64,000 nt of DNA. It comes from Euprymna scolopes (Eukaryota). Position 1 is the stretch's first letter. Each line of letters opens with the position of its first letter. The stretch is taken from assembly GCA_053919585.1 (NCBI GenBank), contig CM132792.1, one strand, 5' to 3'. This document shows positions 40,060 to 53,674 of this stretch, in pieces. A program made the position numbers and the translations under genes. A model generated the notes under the pieces. It searched no databases. It was not told the origin of the DNA and saw only the letters and a program-made list of their open reading frames with translations.

Positions 40060-40440
40060 CGGGCTCCCCCAGTCAGATCTTCACCGGTAATATTGTAAGC
40101 GTGGGTGGTCCGAAGCTGAACACCGCTCCGTGACTTAGTAGCCAGTCATTATCAAGTGATAGCTCTTTTCGCAGCTTTTAAGCCACGTAAACCTTCATTC
40201 ACCCACCGCGGCCACCTAGTGTGAAGGGCACACAAATCATCCCCTCAAGCTTTAGGTCACTACCATCTGCCTGTGCCAACTTTTCATCTGCAGGCTGCAA
40301 TATTTCCTTATCTTTCATCTGCTCATACGCATCCACTCTCAGCAAAGACACAGCTGTCACTGTGTCGACCAGGGTAGTTAGCACCTTGCCCACTGCCTTT
40401 ACAGGATAGGATAAGCCTCCGATTCCTCTGTAACGTATCG
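40060..40440 (-). pseudogene. Gypsy aspartic protease remnant
   Basis: LTTLVDTVTAVSLL (DTGA-like), LAQADGSDLKLEG, LDNDWL (LG.DWL); no RT follows. Confidence 0.8.
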
Positions 40441-40559
40441 CACCCTGAGCGGCTCGTCCTCGATGACCAGCTCTGAGCAGGTGTCGGTAATTCAAGTATT
40501 CCTCGTCCGGCGACTGCCAGTCCGAACAGACATGGGTCACTTCACTTGAACGCTATCCC

Positions 40560-41700
40560 CCCTTTTCTTTGTGACCTCCTTCTTTTCTGAGGGCACTCTC
40601 TTCTTCAGGTGGAGGTCGTTGATCTGGTCGAGCACATCGGTCAATCCCTAGGCGACCGTTACCCGCATCTGTACACCATTTGGATTCAAAACGTCAGTGG
40701 CCATGCCGATGACACCTCTGGCAATATGACTGCCGAATCAAGGGATTACCTGTCAATCTACTCGGGCATTCTACCGCCTGATAACCCTTATAATACCAGC
40801 TAAAGCATACAACCCTTGTCTTCCAGGAATGCTCCTATAGTCTCCATACAGGATATCCCGCTCCAAGTGGGGGCAGCCTCTTTATTCCAATCTTCCTCGT
40901 CCGGCTCCCGGATGTGGTGTAACTTCAGCGACCGGTCTCGACTCTGGTTTCCTCACAGTGGGGGTGGGTCCCTCTAACCACCTTCCACAGTCTCGAACTT
41001 CGAATTCGCCCTCACATTGGTCACTAGTCTGAGCGAGGTCTACCGCCTCCCCCAGCTTAACAGGGTTAACCTTCAAACATCTGTTCTCATATGCCGACCA
41101 AGAAGAGTTTTGCCCAAGACGTAAAATAGCAGGACTTGTATTGGGCCGCCGTCTAGGATCGACTGATCCGGTAAAACTCTTATCGCCAGCTCGGATACTC
41201 GCTCAGCTAAACTACTAATCTCTTCTCCGGATCGCTGACGAAGCGCAAATAATTTCCGGACAGCGTCAATAGCCGTTCTCTCGCTACTAAATTCTTTGAT
41301 TAAAGCTGACCTTTACTGCTGCCTGGTCAACCGGGGATTTTCCTGAAATTGTTTGCCTAGGAAACTGAGCACTGCACCGGCTGCAGCCTTATAAGCAAGT
41401 AAAATCATCTCTGCATCTTGAAAACCAAAAACAAGTTGTTTTTCCTCACATTATGTAGCCAGTCATCAAGTCCACTCGCTTCTCCACGGAAGCTCGGAAT
41501 TTTCAAATGCCTTAATAAAGCTCGAAACGCCTCTGTGGGCTTAAGTGAGCCCAGACTCGGCTCTACATTGATCTTATCGATCAAACGCCTAGGGCTATAC
41601 ATGCCCGTATTCGCTCCAAAATCCTCCGCTCCCATAAGCACTTCTGTTGTAACTCCACTCTCCATCACATCCTTAGTATCGCGGCCGCCATCAACTTCAT
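40560..41700 (-). pseudogene. gag: Gypsy gag remnant
   Basis: IPSFRGEASGLDDWL, RQRSGEEISSLAERVSELA (Q..GE....R...LA), PVKLGEAVDLA; located between the PBS and the protease. Confidence 0.8.
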
Positions 41701-42601
41701 ATTATTTGGTTATCTCCGTAAACCCTAATAACACCCCACAACGTCATATATAATACAATATAATTAATGAAAAGAAGAGAAGGAAGATTACATAAACAAT
41801 CAGAAAAACCAAATATAATACAATGTAATCGATCAAAAAGAGGGTAGAGTTCACAATTATCTATTTAAAATCTACTTTCTCTCTTTTTTTCTTTCTTCTT
41901 TCACTCTTTCTCTTCTTTCAATGTAAGCCAACACGTTCGAATATAACTCAATCACGTGCACACGCTAAAGCGCCCAAAAGAGATCCTTCGTCCCGTGTTA
42001 TCTGCTATTATATCAACATACACAATTAGTTTCGATTTTAACAATACACCCCCTCCCTCTCTCTGGCTAATTCATTGAAACAGAAGACAGCGGTATCGTT
42101 TTCAAACAACATGCCTCTCTTTCTATTCTTTCTTTTTTTTTTAAATCGCGACAGGTTACAAAAACAACAACAAAAAAGAGAAACTAAAAAAAAAAATGCC
42201 TTACCCAGTCGATTGTTTCTGTTTTTCTCTTCTACCTCGCTTTACTTTGTCTTTCTCTTCTCGAACCCGGGGTTTTCTCCAAGAGAAAGAAAAAGTTTCT
42301 TTTCACTATCTCTGTGTACTTTTGTGACCTTGACACGTGGTCTTACACGACCTTGAACCTCTGATCGCGGCCTAGTTATGATCTTAACCCTGGGTCGATG
42401 CCCAATTATGACTATCCTAGTCACCGGGTAATTAATTATGTCGACTGGGCAACCAGGTCTGCCAACCGTTGGAACGTCGCGTCACCCAGTGAGTCCTCGT
42501 CTAGGCGTTGGAGGACTCTTCTCGGTTGCACGGTCCTCAAGGCTTGTTCTTCTTGATCGTCTAGTTAGTCGTCCTGTTGACTGGGTGTTCGTTGACGGGA
42601 A

Positions 42602-42612
42602 CGGGGTCACAA
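42602..42612 (-). promoter_or_regulatory. Primer-binding site (tRNA-Trp-like) of element A
   Basis: Minus strand TTGTGACCCCG versus consensus TGGTGACCCCG, directly abutting LTR A. Confidence 0.7.
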
Positions 42613-43543
42613 GTGGCAAGTAAAAGAATTACAATTACATGGAACAACAGCACATCAGCAAACAAACTCCGGAGGTTGGTTGATATATAATGCATTTAGG
42701 AAATTCATAAATGATTATCGACAGACATATGTACAATTGAAGATTAAATGGAAGCAAGCAATTAGATTTGTGAATGAGCTTCTTGTTGTTGAAATACTCG
42801 GTCGGAGTCGCGGACCGTTGTAATTATCGTTAAAGTGTTCTGGCTGGTCTCTTCCTAGGTCTTCTGGATTCTATTAAGTTGCAAATTGAGCTCTCTGGCG
42901 ACCAGCGAGGCGGGAGAGAGAAGTTGGGTGGCTGGAGTCCTCTACCGAGACCTTTATCTCTGTCTTCTCTCTTCTTCTAACTCTGCTTCTATCTATCTCT
43001 CTGCCAAATCTCTGATTCCATCGAGTTTTACAGATCTTATATAGTAAACCCTTGAATAATTACGACGCCTACGTTCGTCTTCAACCAATCAAATTGATGG
43101 ATAACAATCCACCTGATTCCTTCTCATTGGTCAATTTGGCCTGTGGCAGGTATTATTTTTCCGCCCCCAATTTCCAAAATCAAATTGACTCCTCCCCACC
43201 TTGTCTGACCTCGCCTTCTTTATAATGTTTTTTTTCCATATTTATCAACTGATAATCAGAGGAAATATTATTGTTTAGCTTGTAATAGATCACCAGCTTT
43301 CATCAATTTAACAATATCAATTTGATATTCTTTCCCCTTTGAATTTATTTGTTCTGTCAACATCTCGACAAAATATGTTATGGAAAACCGAAAAATCTCT
43401 TGATCTAAATTTTAAATGGCTTTATCATAGTCACCCGAATCAGTTAATATTTGATTAGAAAAACACTCTTTGAAGCCGACAAATGCGTGTGTTAAATTTT
43501 AACTCCAAAGAATTTATCTATCTTTTGTTTTGATCTTGTCACA
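42612..43543 (-). repeat. 5' LTR of Gypsy element A
   Basis: Termini TGTGACAAG...CTTGCCAC(T) form a short inverted repeat; TATATAAG (minus, ~43036-43043) and CCAAT boxes; followed by PBS and gag. Confidence 0.75.
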
Positions 43544-44395
43544 AATATATTTTGTGAGGCCAACAATTACGTGTGTGTGTGTGTGTGTGTTTCTCAGATC
43601 AAACACGATCCGACATTTCACTTGTCAACCAACACATTTCAAGCCGACCGACATTTCAAAGCTTTGATTCGGAATTTGTCACCGTCGCTCGACTTGAAAC
43701 AAAACGTATGTTTTTTTGAAGTTATCATTCTGTCCATTTGGCTAAAGCATTTATTATTGTTTTAAGTGATCTTTTGCTTTGAAGTTCAGCAGGCGACCTC
43801 CACTTCTATCCCCCGACCGTATGGTATCTCAACAACAAGATTTTGATGCATAAAAATATTAACAAAAAAAATTATTCTTTTTTTGTAACCGGTGTTCGCC
43901 CGGGATTGATTATCACCTTTAACAAAAACGTCACATCGACCCTACTGATCTGATGTGGCCCCTCTTTGGTGTTACACTTTTGCGTTTTTCTCTCTCTCTC
44001 CCAATGCTATATTATTTGATTAAAAATTTCTCTTTCGAATTTTTCTTTTACTGTCACTCAATTTTAAAATTTTCACTTCTCTCCTTTTTTGTATTTTGTT
44101 CTCAGTCTCTCCTTCTCTATTTTATTATAGTTTTTTTATGCCTTTCGCAATCGTCTTATTTTCAAATGTGTGTTCCGCGTTTTTTTCTTCTGTTTTTCAC
44201 TCTATCCTTGTCTCTTCTCTCTCTTTCTCTCTCTCTGTATATATAATATACCTAAGTGTCTCTTTTTTCGTTGTGCTCTCTTTTTTCTTCTGTCTTTTTT
44301 CCTCGGCAATAATGTAAGAAACGCCTTCCCTTTAAGACTCGTCCTGGTAAATTGGTCACCAACGGTGAGTCCTCCCGCTACGCAGGTCAGCAGAT

Positions 44396-45226
44396 GGGGT
44401 CACTAACTCGGCTGAAACTGCAATGACCGGTGATCTTCCGGGAGAACTTCACAAAGTACTTAGCGTCGCAGGCCCCGTGCTGATTTCCGCTGAAAATTAA
44501 TTCGCTTTGCATGCGAGCCCCCCAAAAAGGATTGAAAACTCGGAGCGTTCTATACTACGAAAAAATTAATTCAGGAAAATTACAGGTTTGTACATATGTA
44601 CATTATTCTGTTAGATTACAACAGAAACATCAAGATTTTTCCCAAACTCATTCTTTGTTCTCCATGATGGCGGTCGTGATGGACAGAGAGATTTGGCGGT
44701 TCTCTGTGAGCGTGTGTTTCCCTCGAGAGTTGACTTCAATCTGCTAATTTCGGCACTGGCATTCGGTTAACAAAGAAAAAGGATAGGTTGGGACAACCTC
44801 CCTGACCAATCAGAATCCAATACGTCTTTTGGGGTATCCCCAAATCCCTTTGCTTGTGTGCACTTCAGCAGTCCGACTATGGGAATCTGAGATCAACACT
44901 CAATTTCTATTCACAAGCTCCAAAAAGTCAACACTGTCACTGTTCCACTCTCAGAAGCCAGACAGGCTGACCAGGTGTTCATCAGGCCAACAAATGTGTG
45001 ATTTCATTCTACGTTTATCTAAATTTGCTGTCATATTCTCAAACAATAAAATATATGCGTTTTTCTTACAAAACACAACAAATTCATTCCTTTTGATATG
45101 TCACCCGCCGCCGTCCGGGATTCAATCAACGTTTGACAGACACACTCAGCATATTTACCCGACCTGACTCAGGTTTTTATTGGATCTTAATCTCCCCAAT
45201 TGGGAGCAATGTAGTTCCTCTAGACG
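44396..45226 (-). repeat. 5' LTR plus PBS of Gypsy-like element B
   Basis: Outer 250 bp matches 36101-36350; inner end is followed by TAGTGACCCC (PBS-like, 44396-44405); Copia sequence resumes just outside it. Confidence 0.7.
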
Positions 45227-45230
45227 GTCA

Positions 45231-46620
45231 TGTTATAAAATTATTAATGATGAAGACAGCGATGATGATGATGCCACAGGGGGAAATTTATCGGGACGGA
45301 CTCGAAAAGAATTAGAAGATGACTTGATAATTTTGTGGACGACAATTTGGAAGATTGTAAAGTCGACTCTATTCTATGGATTAACAAAACAATTAATTCT
45401 GAATATTTTCATCCATTGAAAATAGAAATGGAAAGCGACTATATTTTTTTGCGAAAGGATACTCTCAGATTTACGGTATATGATAGTTTTATACCTTTAC
45501 ACAAAATACAAATCCAACCTCACCATTTTTTTGCAAATCGCATCGCATTATAACCTTGACATCCATCAAATGTACATACAATGCTTATTTAAATGCACTG
45601 ATAGAATGGAGCATTTATATTACCCCTCCACAAAGATGCATAATGTAAAAAAAAATGCGGAGGCTTAACGTACGGTCTGATGCTGAGCAGTCGAATACAG
45701 TTCTTTATGATTATATGGTTGTGCAACAATTCAAACAATCCACAGTAGGCCCCTGTTTGTATACCAAAAACAAAGACAATACACTACTGGCTTTAGTTTT
45801 ATGAGTTGATGACCTTTTAATCGCATCAAGTTTTGTCATAATGTTAGCCGATGTTAAACACATATTAAATACAAAATTCAAAATGACCGATCTTGAGAAA
45901 ATATTATGGTTCCTTGGCATTACATTTACTCATGAAAAGGGAATTATTAAAATGAATCAATCAGGGTTTATTTGTAAAATCCTATTAGAATTCTTAATGC
46001 AAGATTGAAATAAACGCCGGTCTAAAATTATATCACCAAAAACACAAACACAGAATTTGAAATGATTGACGATAAACTATACCGAGATATACTTGGAAGC
46101 CGAGAAGTGACGTATGTTACACAAAAAAACTGTCACAAAAATATCAATACCGAGAATGAAAGATTAAAACAGAGCAAAACAAGTTATTTGTCATTTAATA
46201 AAGGACTAAGTATCAGCATTTAATATTTAGAAAATCAACACATTCCCTAAAATTAGAATTGTTTTTCGAATTTAGATTGTGTAAATGATGAAGTTAAAAC
46301 ACGAATTTTCTGGATATTGTTTTAGACTATCAAAGAATAAAAACACTACTTCATGAAACTCTTAAGCGCAGAAGATTTTATCTCTACGTTTGAGGCGGAA
46401 TTGATTCTGCACAAGATGCCCCATGCCTAAAAACTATTCTACTAATTGTTTGGGAACCAAAATTCACTGAGACTTTCGTCGTAATAAATTATGAAAATCA
46501 AGAAAGCATAATCTTAGCGCAGAACAGCGTAATTCACCAAGATCTTGGCGCCGATATATTTACACAACCGGCGAATAAAAATGTAAATGTTTCGCCTCTA
46601 AACTTGCCAGTATTTGGCTT
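45231..46620 (+). mobile_element. Copia LTR retrotransposon, 3' half (RT and RNase H), decayed
   Basis: IHQM; VDDLLIAS; FKMTDLEKILWFLGI; MNQSGFICKIL; YRDILGS; STFEAE; ENQESIILAQN; ADIFT. Confidence 0.85.
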
Positions 46621-46986
46621 TATATAACTTTTCCCAAGCCTTGATATATAGTAAGAAATGTGTCCTGAGCTATATATAAAACTGTATCATTGCGTGTGTT
46701 AAGCCTCTATGAATAATAATGGGTGACACAGTTTTAAACTTTTATTAATATAGAAAATATCAAATAAAATTTATTAAAATGTTTAATGAGAAAAATCATA
46801 TTTTTGAAAATATTTTATATGTATTTTTATTATTTACACATACTTATGTTAAGGCGTGTATAAATCAACCCATGTCTTTTTTACTATTATTTTGTGAACA
46901 ATACTGTTTCTAATTAACTAAAACTTCCTATTTTTTACTTTTGATTCGGTTTTATTCTACTTTACAGTTTTTTTACGGATACATAT

Positions 46987-47024
<38 letters not shown>

Positions 47025-48556
47025 TGTTTCAGAATTCAGATGCAAAATTGAAATTTAAAGTGGTTTAGTTTCACATTCTAATATTTTCTAGGTAAAAATA
47101 AGAACCTATTTTCTATTTTATTCTATAAAAATATTTTTTTTACAATTGAATAAAATTAAATAGTGGCTTCCTTTTATACGTGCAAAAATTAAAAAAAAAT
47201 CTAAATTACTTTGTTTTTATCTTACTTGCTTAATCTAGCTCTTTTACATATTTATTGAACAGAATTAAACATGAACTTAAAGGGTTTCCCATTATATGAA
47301 ATATTAGGGTGGGTGTTGCATTACTTTCGGTTTCTAATGGAGTATGATTCCTGGAATGTGTATGTTATTTTCATAAGCTCTACTCTTAGGCACTGACGAA
47401 TGACATGAAGTCACGTTTTGCTTCATAAACATTTACTCTTTTAGTTTTCCAGCACATCGTTCTTACGTTGGAACACAATAAGGAAGATTTGCTCTTTGAT
47501 TGTAAAATTATAAAGTCCAGAAAACGTACAGAACTACTACCTACTGAATTTTCTTAACATGTAGAACATGGATGGAATAGGTTCCTGTAAGAAACTCTTC
47601 AGAAATAAAATATGGCTTCCAATTCAATAAGATTTTTGAAAATCTTAACACATTGTCTTATTTTACAATTTTCCATGTACATACTCAGCTTTCTTGCTTC
47701 TGAACGGTTCAAGGCACATGAAAATGTATATGCAAATACCTATGAATGATTGTTTATACATCTATTTTGCTCAGCATTTTTCCTGACTATTTGTCGATAT
47801 CTTAGGCTCTAATCATCTTAAATAGTAGCCTAAAATTAACTGCCAGTTGGCTCATAAATAGCAGAAAATAAGCCATAATTCGGCAGCGGTTTTCACAGAT
47901 ATTTAATGATGTTTAGATTAGGTAATATGATAGATCTTCATTAACTTATATTTTTTCATTTCATCAAACGTCTCTGCTATTTGAATACATTTGCATTCCA
48001 AACTCAGGTAACCGTATCAATATTACACGTCACACAGTTCATGTATATATAAAGAAGAAACTGCAATTAGTGTAAAACTCTAACTTGCAACATCATCTAT
48101 GAGGTATAAACAATTACTTATGCATTATTTCAGCTGGAAATCGGTTATTGGACTTATTCCCGTCTGGCATCTAATCAGCCGGAGGGATCATGCTAGTATT
48201 TAGTCACCATGTTTTTATTTTTATGTTTTTCTCTGGGACAGTTCCAGATTTAATTATCGCTTCTATGAATCAATACAGATGGTGGTCAGCAACAGTGTTG
48301 GAGGTACCAGGATTCAATTTGTTTTTCCTGTAAAGGGGTATTCTATTTAAACTGACACCCGTTGTACAGGGAGCTCTGAGTAAACTAATTGCGGTATTTA
48401 GTATGCATTCAGTCGAATTGAATTGAGAATTTTGCCTTATGGGCATTTAGTCTATCTCGCAGGTTTGTGTGTATGTGTGTTTCTGTAAATGAAGGTGTGT
48501 GTATATACGTATATACGTGTGTTGGGGGTTACGTTCTTATTGCATTCTGTCAACAC

Positions 48557-48608
48557 ACACATGTGCAAGCATGGACGTTTACCTAGACGTCCATGCTTGC
48601 ACATGTGT
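48557..48608. repeat. Perfect 22 bp hairpin with 8 nt loop
   Basis: acacatgtgcaagcatggacgt-ttacctag-acgtccatgcttgcacatgtgt. Confidence 0.95.
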
Positions 48609-49414
48609 CTGGGTTATTATGCACTGTTTTATCGGTAGCAACATAACGCAACTATTTATATCGCCAACGTATCTGTACAAACTAAAAATGCTATAATGTA
48701 AATTAATGTTTACTTGGTATTAGAAACATTACGAGTTGGGACCTATGCATTTTTTATGTAGTTCCATAATTATATTTAGGTTTGTTAAATTTATATTACG
48801 AGGAAACACATTACTGCCTCACTAATTATGACAATAATTCTAATTTTCTTGCGATGATATTAAAATGAAAATATGTAGATAGCGCATATCCTTCTTACTA
48901 CAATTCAAACAAAGAATTAAATAGTAAATAAAATGTTATCTCACTATTATTTGATGCATGTTAAATAGCAACTTAATTGAGTTGCTGCCTTGTTTCTTTC
49001 TAATTTACACGGCAGTTATGTTTCCACAAATACTCCCTATTTATGTTTTGTATTATAATCGTATTGTATCCACGATTTAAAAAAAACATTAAATATTCTG
49101 AGACTCACGCTATTTTAACTTTATATTACAAGTAGTATAAAACAAAATAATGAATAGTAAATATATATATATATATATAATGTTAAAATAATTACCTATG
49201 CTTCTAGAACAGTAATTTGAAAGTAATGACGGTTTCGTGAAGCATGTAAACGATATTGTTTTTTTATTTAATGTTTTAGTTTTTTGTGATTTTCGACATA
49301 CATATGTCATCCTAATACAAAGTATTCTATTTTTAACTGAAAATTTTAAGTGATACGAAACCGAGAGGGCAATCATTAACACGAACACCGTTTTATACTC
49401 TAGAATGTGATTTT

Positions 49415-51370
49415 CTATATATGTCAAAAAGTGCCCTTTTCTTCTAAGAAAAGCATTAGATAACTAAAAATGAGATTTGGATTGACCGAGATTCGAAACT
49501 TGTTAGCAAGTTTCATAAATAGATTCAGAAATGGAATTTTGCATTGTTCAGATCGCATAAAATAGTTTAGATAAGGTGTAGTAAAAGGAATTCTGATTGT
49601 CCAAGTCGTTTTATGAAAACTAAATTAAAATAATGTCATCGAGAAAATACCGAACAATAGCAAATTAAAAACATATTGACAAATGAGTTAGGTCGAAAAA
49701 TAATTTAGTAGGAATTATTTGTCTGAAGAAATGGTTTAGGAACATATGCGAACCACTCATGTTCAGGTCACGTGGGTCTATCACGTTTTTGAACACACGT
49801 ATGACGTCATGGAAGAAATGAATTCTCAATATAGCAGCTAGAGTCGAAGATGAGAGACAGAGAGGGATGGAGTCCAGAGTCGAGTCCGGATCGAATCAAA
49901 AGAAGCGAGGGAGACAGTTTTAAACATGTAGAACCAACTTTGAAGTCTTTGATATCATCATCATTTTGACCGGTAAAAGGGAATAAAAAAACCCTCTCAC
50001 TTTTGTAAATTCCGTGTTCGTGTCGTCTTTTTACTAAATTGAAGGTAATGTGAAATCATTTATATTAACATTGTTCCCATTCATCTTTATAATGAACTTT
50101 TTGTATAACTCATCTAAGTAATGTGTCTCCCTCTCCATCTAAGAAATGTGCCCTCCTCTCCATCTAAGTAATGGCTATCCCCTCCGGTGTTAAAGAACTT
50201 ATCAATCTCTCTCCACTCTAATATATATTGAAAGAAGGAACATCTAGAGAACTGTAAAATGTATAAATGTAATCTCTCTTCTCCCCCTCTCTGTAATATA
50301 TGTATAAATGTATCTTCCCCTCATCAATATAAATGTCTTCATCCGTCTCTCTCTATCTTTCTAATATTGCCCCCTATGCACATACTGGTAAATCTGGGTA
50401 ACATGACCACTTTTATTCTGCAAGAATAAATGTTATGCAATGTGTGGTATTTTAAAGAGGTACCAAATATGTGTATATATTTCGTTTTTCTTATTTAAGA
50501 GTCTTAGTGGCTTCCTGTGTGTGATCATGTGTCTTACAATGTTCGCGTTGTAAGAGATAGCATATTGGAGACGTAAACAGATACATATTATAAGAGAAAC
50601 AGTTCTGTATGAACGGGAGTGTTTCTATAAATATTGACACATATATTTCTTACCTCTTTTTGAGATGATGATTTCCACAAAGTTCTTATAATATAAATGG
50701 GCAATACGTTTTCTGTTGAATAACAATACGGAGACGCAGATACAAAAACACCTGTTGACGTCAATTATTTCATCTTTGACCGGTCGGACATGGTTTATCT
50801 CAGGGATTCAAATTTGTTACATGGTTATTTCTAAAACCCTCTCACTTCTGGAGAATGGCGTGATTCAAACTGAGTATCGGTCGGAACCTCTCTTCTTCTC
50901 TCCAACTCTTATCCCCTTCTCTTGTCTCTCCGACTGCATCTAAAAACTTTCCCTATATTAAGAACTCGTCACGTAATCACGTGATTAAACGTGTGCTCAT
51001 GAAGCACGTTGGATGACGTGCGTCACGTTGCTAAACCTGACATGACCCCGAGTTAAGTAACGTATTTTTCAAATCACCTCTTTACAAAATATGTTTTCAA
51101 TTTCAATTGACGATTACATTCCTTATTTTACTTTTCATAGAAACAAATTTCATTATTACATTACTTTTCCATACACAGAAATGTAAACTAAATAATTGCA
51201 ATTCGGCATACTATATTTCAATAACATTCTGTATTTATTTTAACTAATGCTTTGAATTTTCAATTCCAAATCTAGCTTCGCAAGTTCGAATCCTTGACTA
51301 TCCTATTTCATATTTACATTTAACTAATTCCATATTTTTACTTACATGAAAAGGGGACATGTAACATAAA
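49415..51370. repeat. Old long inverted repeat (~480 bp diverged arms, ~1 kb spacer) containing LTR-like starts
   Basis: Inverted matches: cccttttc.t.taag, gattcga(a)acttg, tatgaaaa.taaa, aaaacatatt, tcatgt(t)caggt, cacacgt, ttct.aatatag and gagagaca. Left LTR-like unit TCATGTT(49757)...AACATGA(50406) includes three ~25 bp catctaag repeats. Confidence 0.65.
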
Positions 51371-53674
51371 AAAACAACTTCTCGTTGCCACGAAACGCAA
51401 CGTAAGAGTCCAATGCAAAAAAAAAAAAAAGGAAAAAATGCTAGAAAAAATAAAATATAAATAATTAAGTAAACAAAGAAAAACACACACACATACGCAC
51501 AGAGAAAAAGAAAGGAAACCGCTAGAAGAAATACAAACATACACAATGGAAAAATATACACTCTCACGAAAAAGATCCAATGTCGATATGCCATAAAGAG
51601 ACAAAACAACAGAATAAAAGTCGAAATTAAAAATTAAATGATAGAAAAAAGAAAATCAGACATAAGCAAAAAAGAAACAAATATTTTGATATGTCACTTT
51701 TCAAAGATTAATAACAGGTCATAACAGGTAACTGTTCTAAAACCAAACACACATGCAATGTAAATACGAGGGTTGCAGGGCGAGTTTGCGTAAAACATAA
51801 AATACTATGCTATTCGGTTAGAAATTCTGTGATAAAATAATTGTTTTGTTTTTAAAAGATACAAACATACACACAGAGAATGTGAAAAAATAATAATGCA
51901 GTTTTATATAAAAGAAAACAGTGTCACTAATTTTATTGTTGAAAATGTGGGTCAGAGCGGGATTGTTAAAGGCCATCTGTCAATAAACATTTTGTGGCAT
52001 GTATCAAACTGAAATGTACTTTTAAATCGTCTTTGTCATTGTGAGAACGAAATACTTTTATTGTCAGACAAGAGATACAGAAATGAAAATCATTTTTCAG
52101 TTCATAGTTGAACTTTTCAGATTTTAATGTGCTTTTATGTTTTTGAAAAAAAGGGACATTTTTGTTTGCTGGGCTTTTTTGAATTGTTGTTGTTGTTAAA
52201 TCACTTTTTTAAAATGTTATAATTGTAAGTTTTCTGTAGATCATAATCAAATGTATTAATGTGAATTTTGAAAATGCTCTTTTGATATGTAAACTGTATT
52301 AAATGTATGTATAATGACATTGCATTTTACTATCAGAGATTCAAAGTTATAATAAGTAGATAAATTAAAATGGAATAAACCAAATCATAGGAAAAGAACG
52401 GAAAACTTTGAGACAGGTGTTTGACGTAAAAATATGTTAGAATTTTAGAGAGGGACAAAATAGAACATTTTGATTATACCTTTTCTAGCGATGAACGATA
52501 TATGTTCATGCCCGTCCATAATTAGCTTAGATATAGGAGGTTCGTTATAATTTAAACACTTCTATTGTTTCAACGTAAAATTTGCAAAGCAACTCAAACT
52601 CTTTGGTAACATCGCTTTTGTGTGTTGCCGCAGATTTTGTGCATTCCCATTGCGCTTTTACAAGCTTCATTAAGACATTTATTCTTCTGACGCTCATCTA
52701 TACAACGTTAATATCTGCAATCGTGACATAACACATTCAAAGGTATAAAGCAGTTTAGTCACTACAATACTGCAATTAACCATAATTTACTTCTATTCGG
52801 GCAAAAGAAATGAAAGGAAGACATCACTTTTTGGAACAACCGTCGTATATTGTATGAATGAGCGATGGCGGACAGTTAAACCTTCTTAATTTTAGCTATT
52901 AAAAAGAGATATTTTTAATAAATAAATAATTCTACTGACAAACTAATTTAATCCGATATAGAATATAAAAAATTATATTTCGTAGATTTTGCAGCGTGCG
53001 TATAATCAGTGTTTAATAGGGTAACGTTTCATTACGATGAGCCATACATAGTTTCTTCGGAAGAATTAAGGAAGATAACTTCGTCAATTATGCACAAGTT
53101 TTCCTCTTCGAATGCATCATTTTTACGTGTGTACCTATATATATATTTTAAATACTTCTATAAGTGAATTACTGAAAAATATATAAAATAGATATATAAT
53201 ATCACGGCAAATTATTAATTAAATAAATAAAACTGTGATGTAAGAAAAATATATGTAAGTGTTATAACACATCTATTACTCCAAGTGATTTGTCTCTGTC
53301 TCTGCTATCTAGGAGGTATATTCTATTATTCTATTACGGCATACTTTTGGTTCGTTTTTTATTTGAAATGAACGGTAAAATGGAAATGATCATTGTAATT
53401 GATTATAATAATGAACGGTAAATGGAAATAATCAATGTAATTTATCAACTCCTTATATATAAATATAATTCCATATCTATTGATTTATATTTGAAATACA
53501 TTTTTGAAAAATGAATAAGTATACGAAGATAGTAATTTTAATGCTGTCGTCATATTTGTATGTTTGGATACGGCGTCTTTTCTCTTCACATCCAGCTATA
53601 CTACATTGCTATCAGCAAACCTTTTTCGTCTTTCTTATTCGGTTCTACGACTTTTTCAACTAAACATCTTGATG

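Noticed and set aside
47320-47560. Possible FLYWCH/MULE remnant on the minus strand (RCAGKL...NHTP)
   Set aside because: Too degenerate to call without a profile search.
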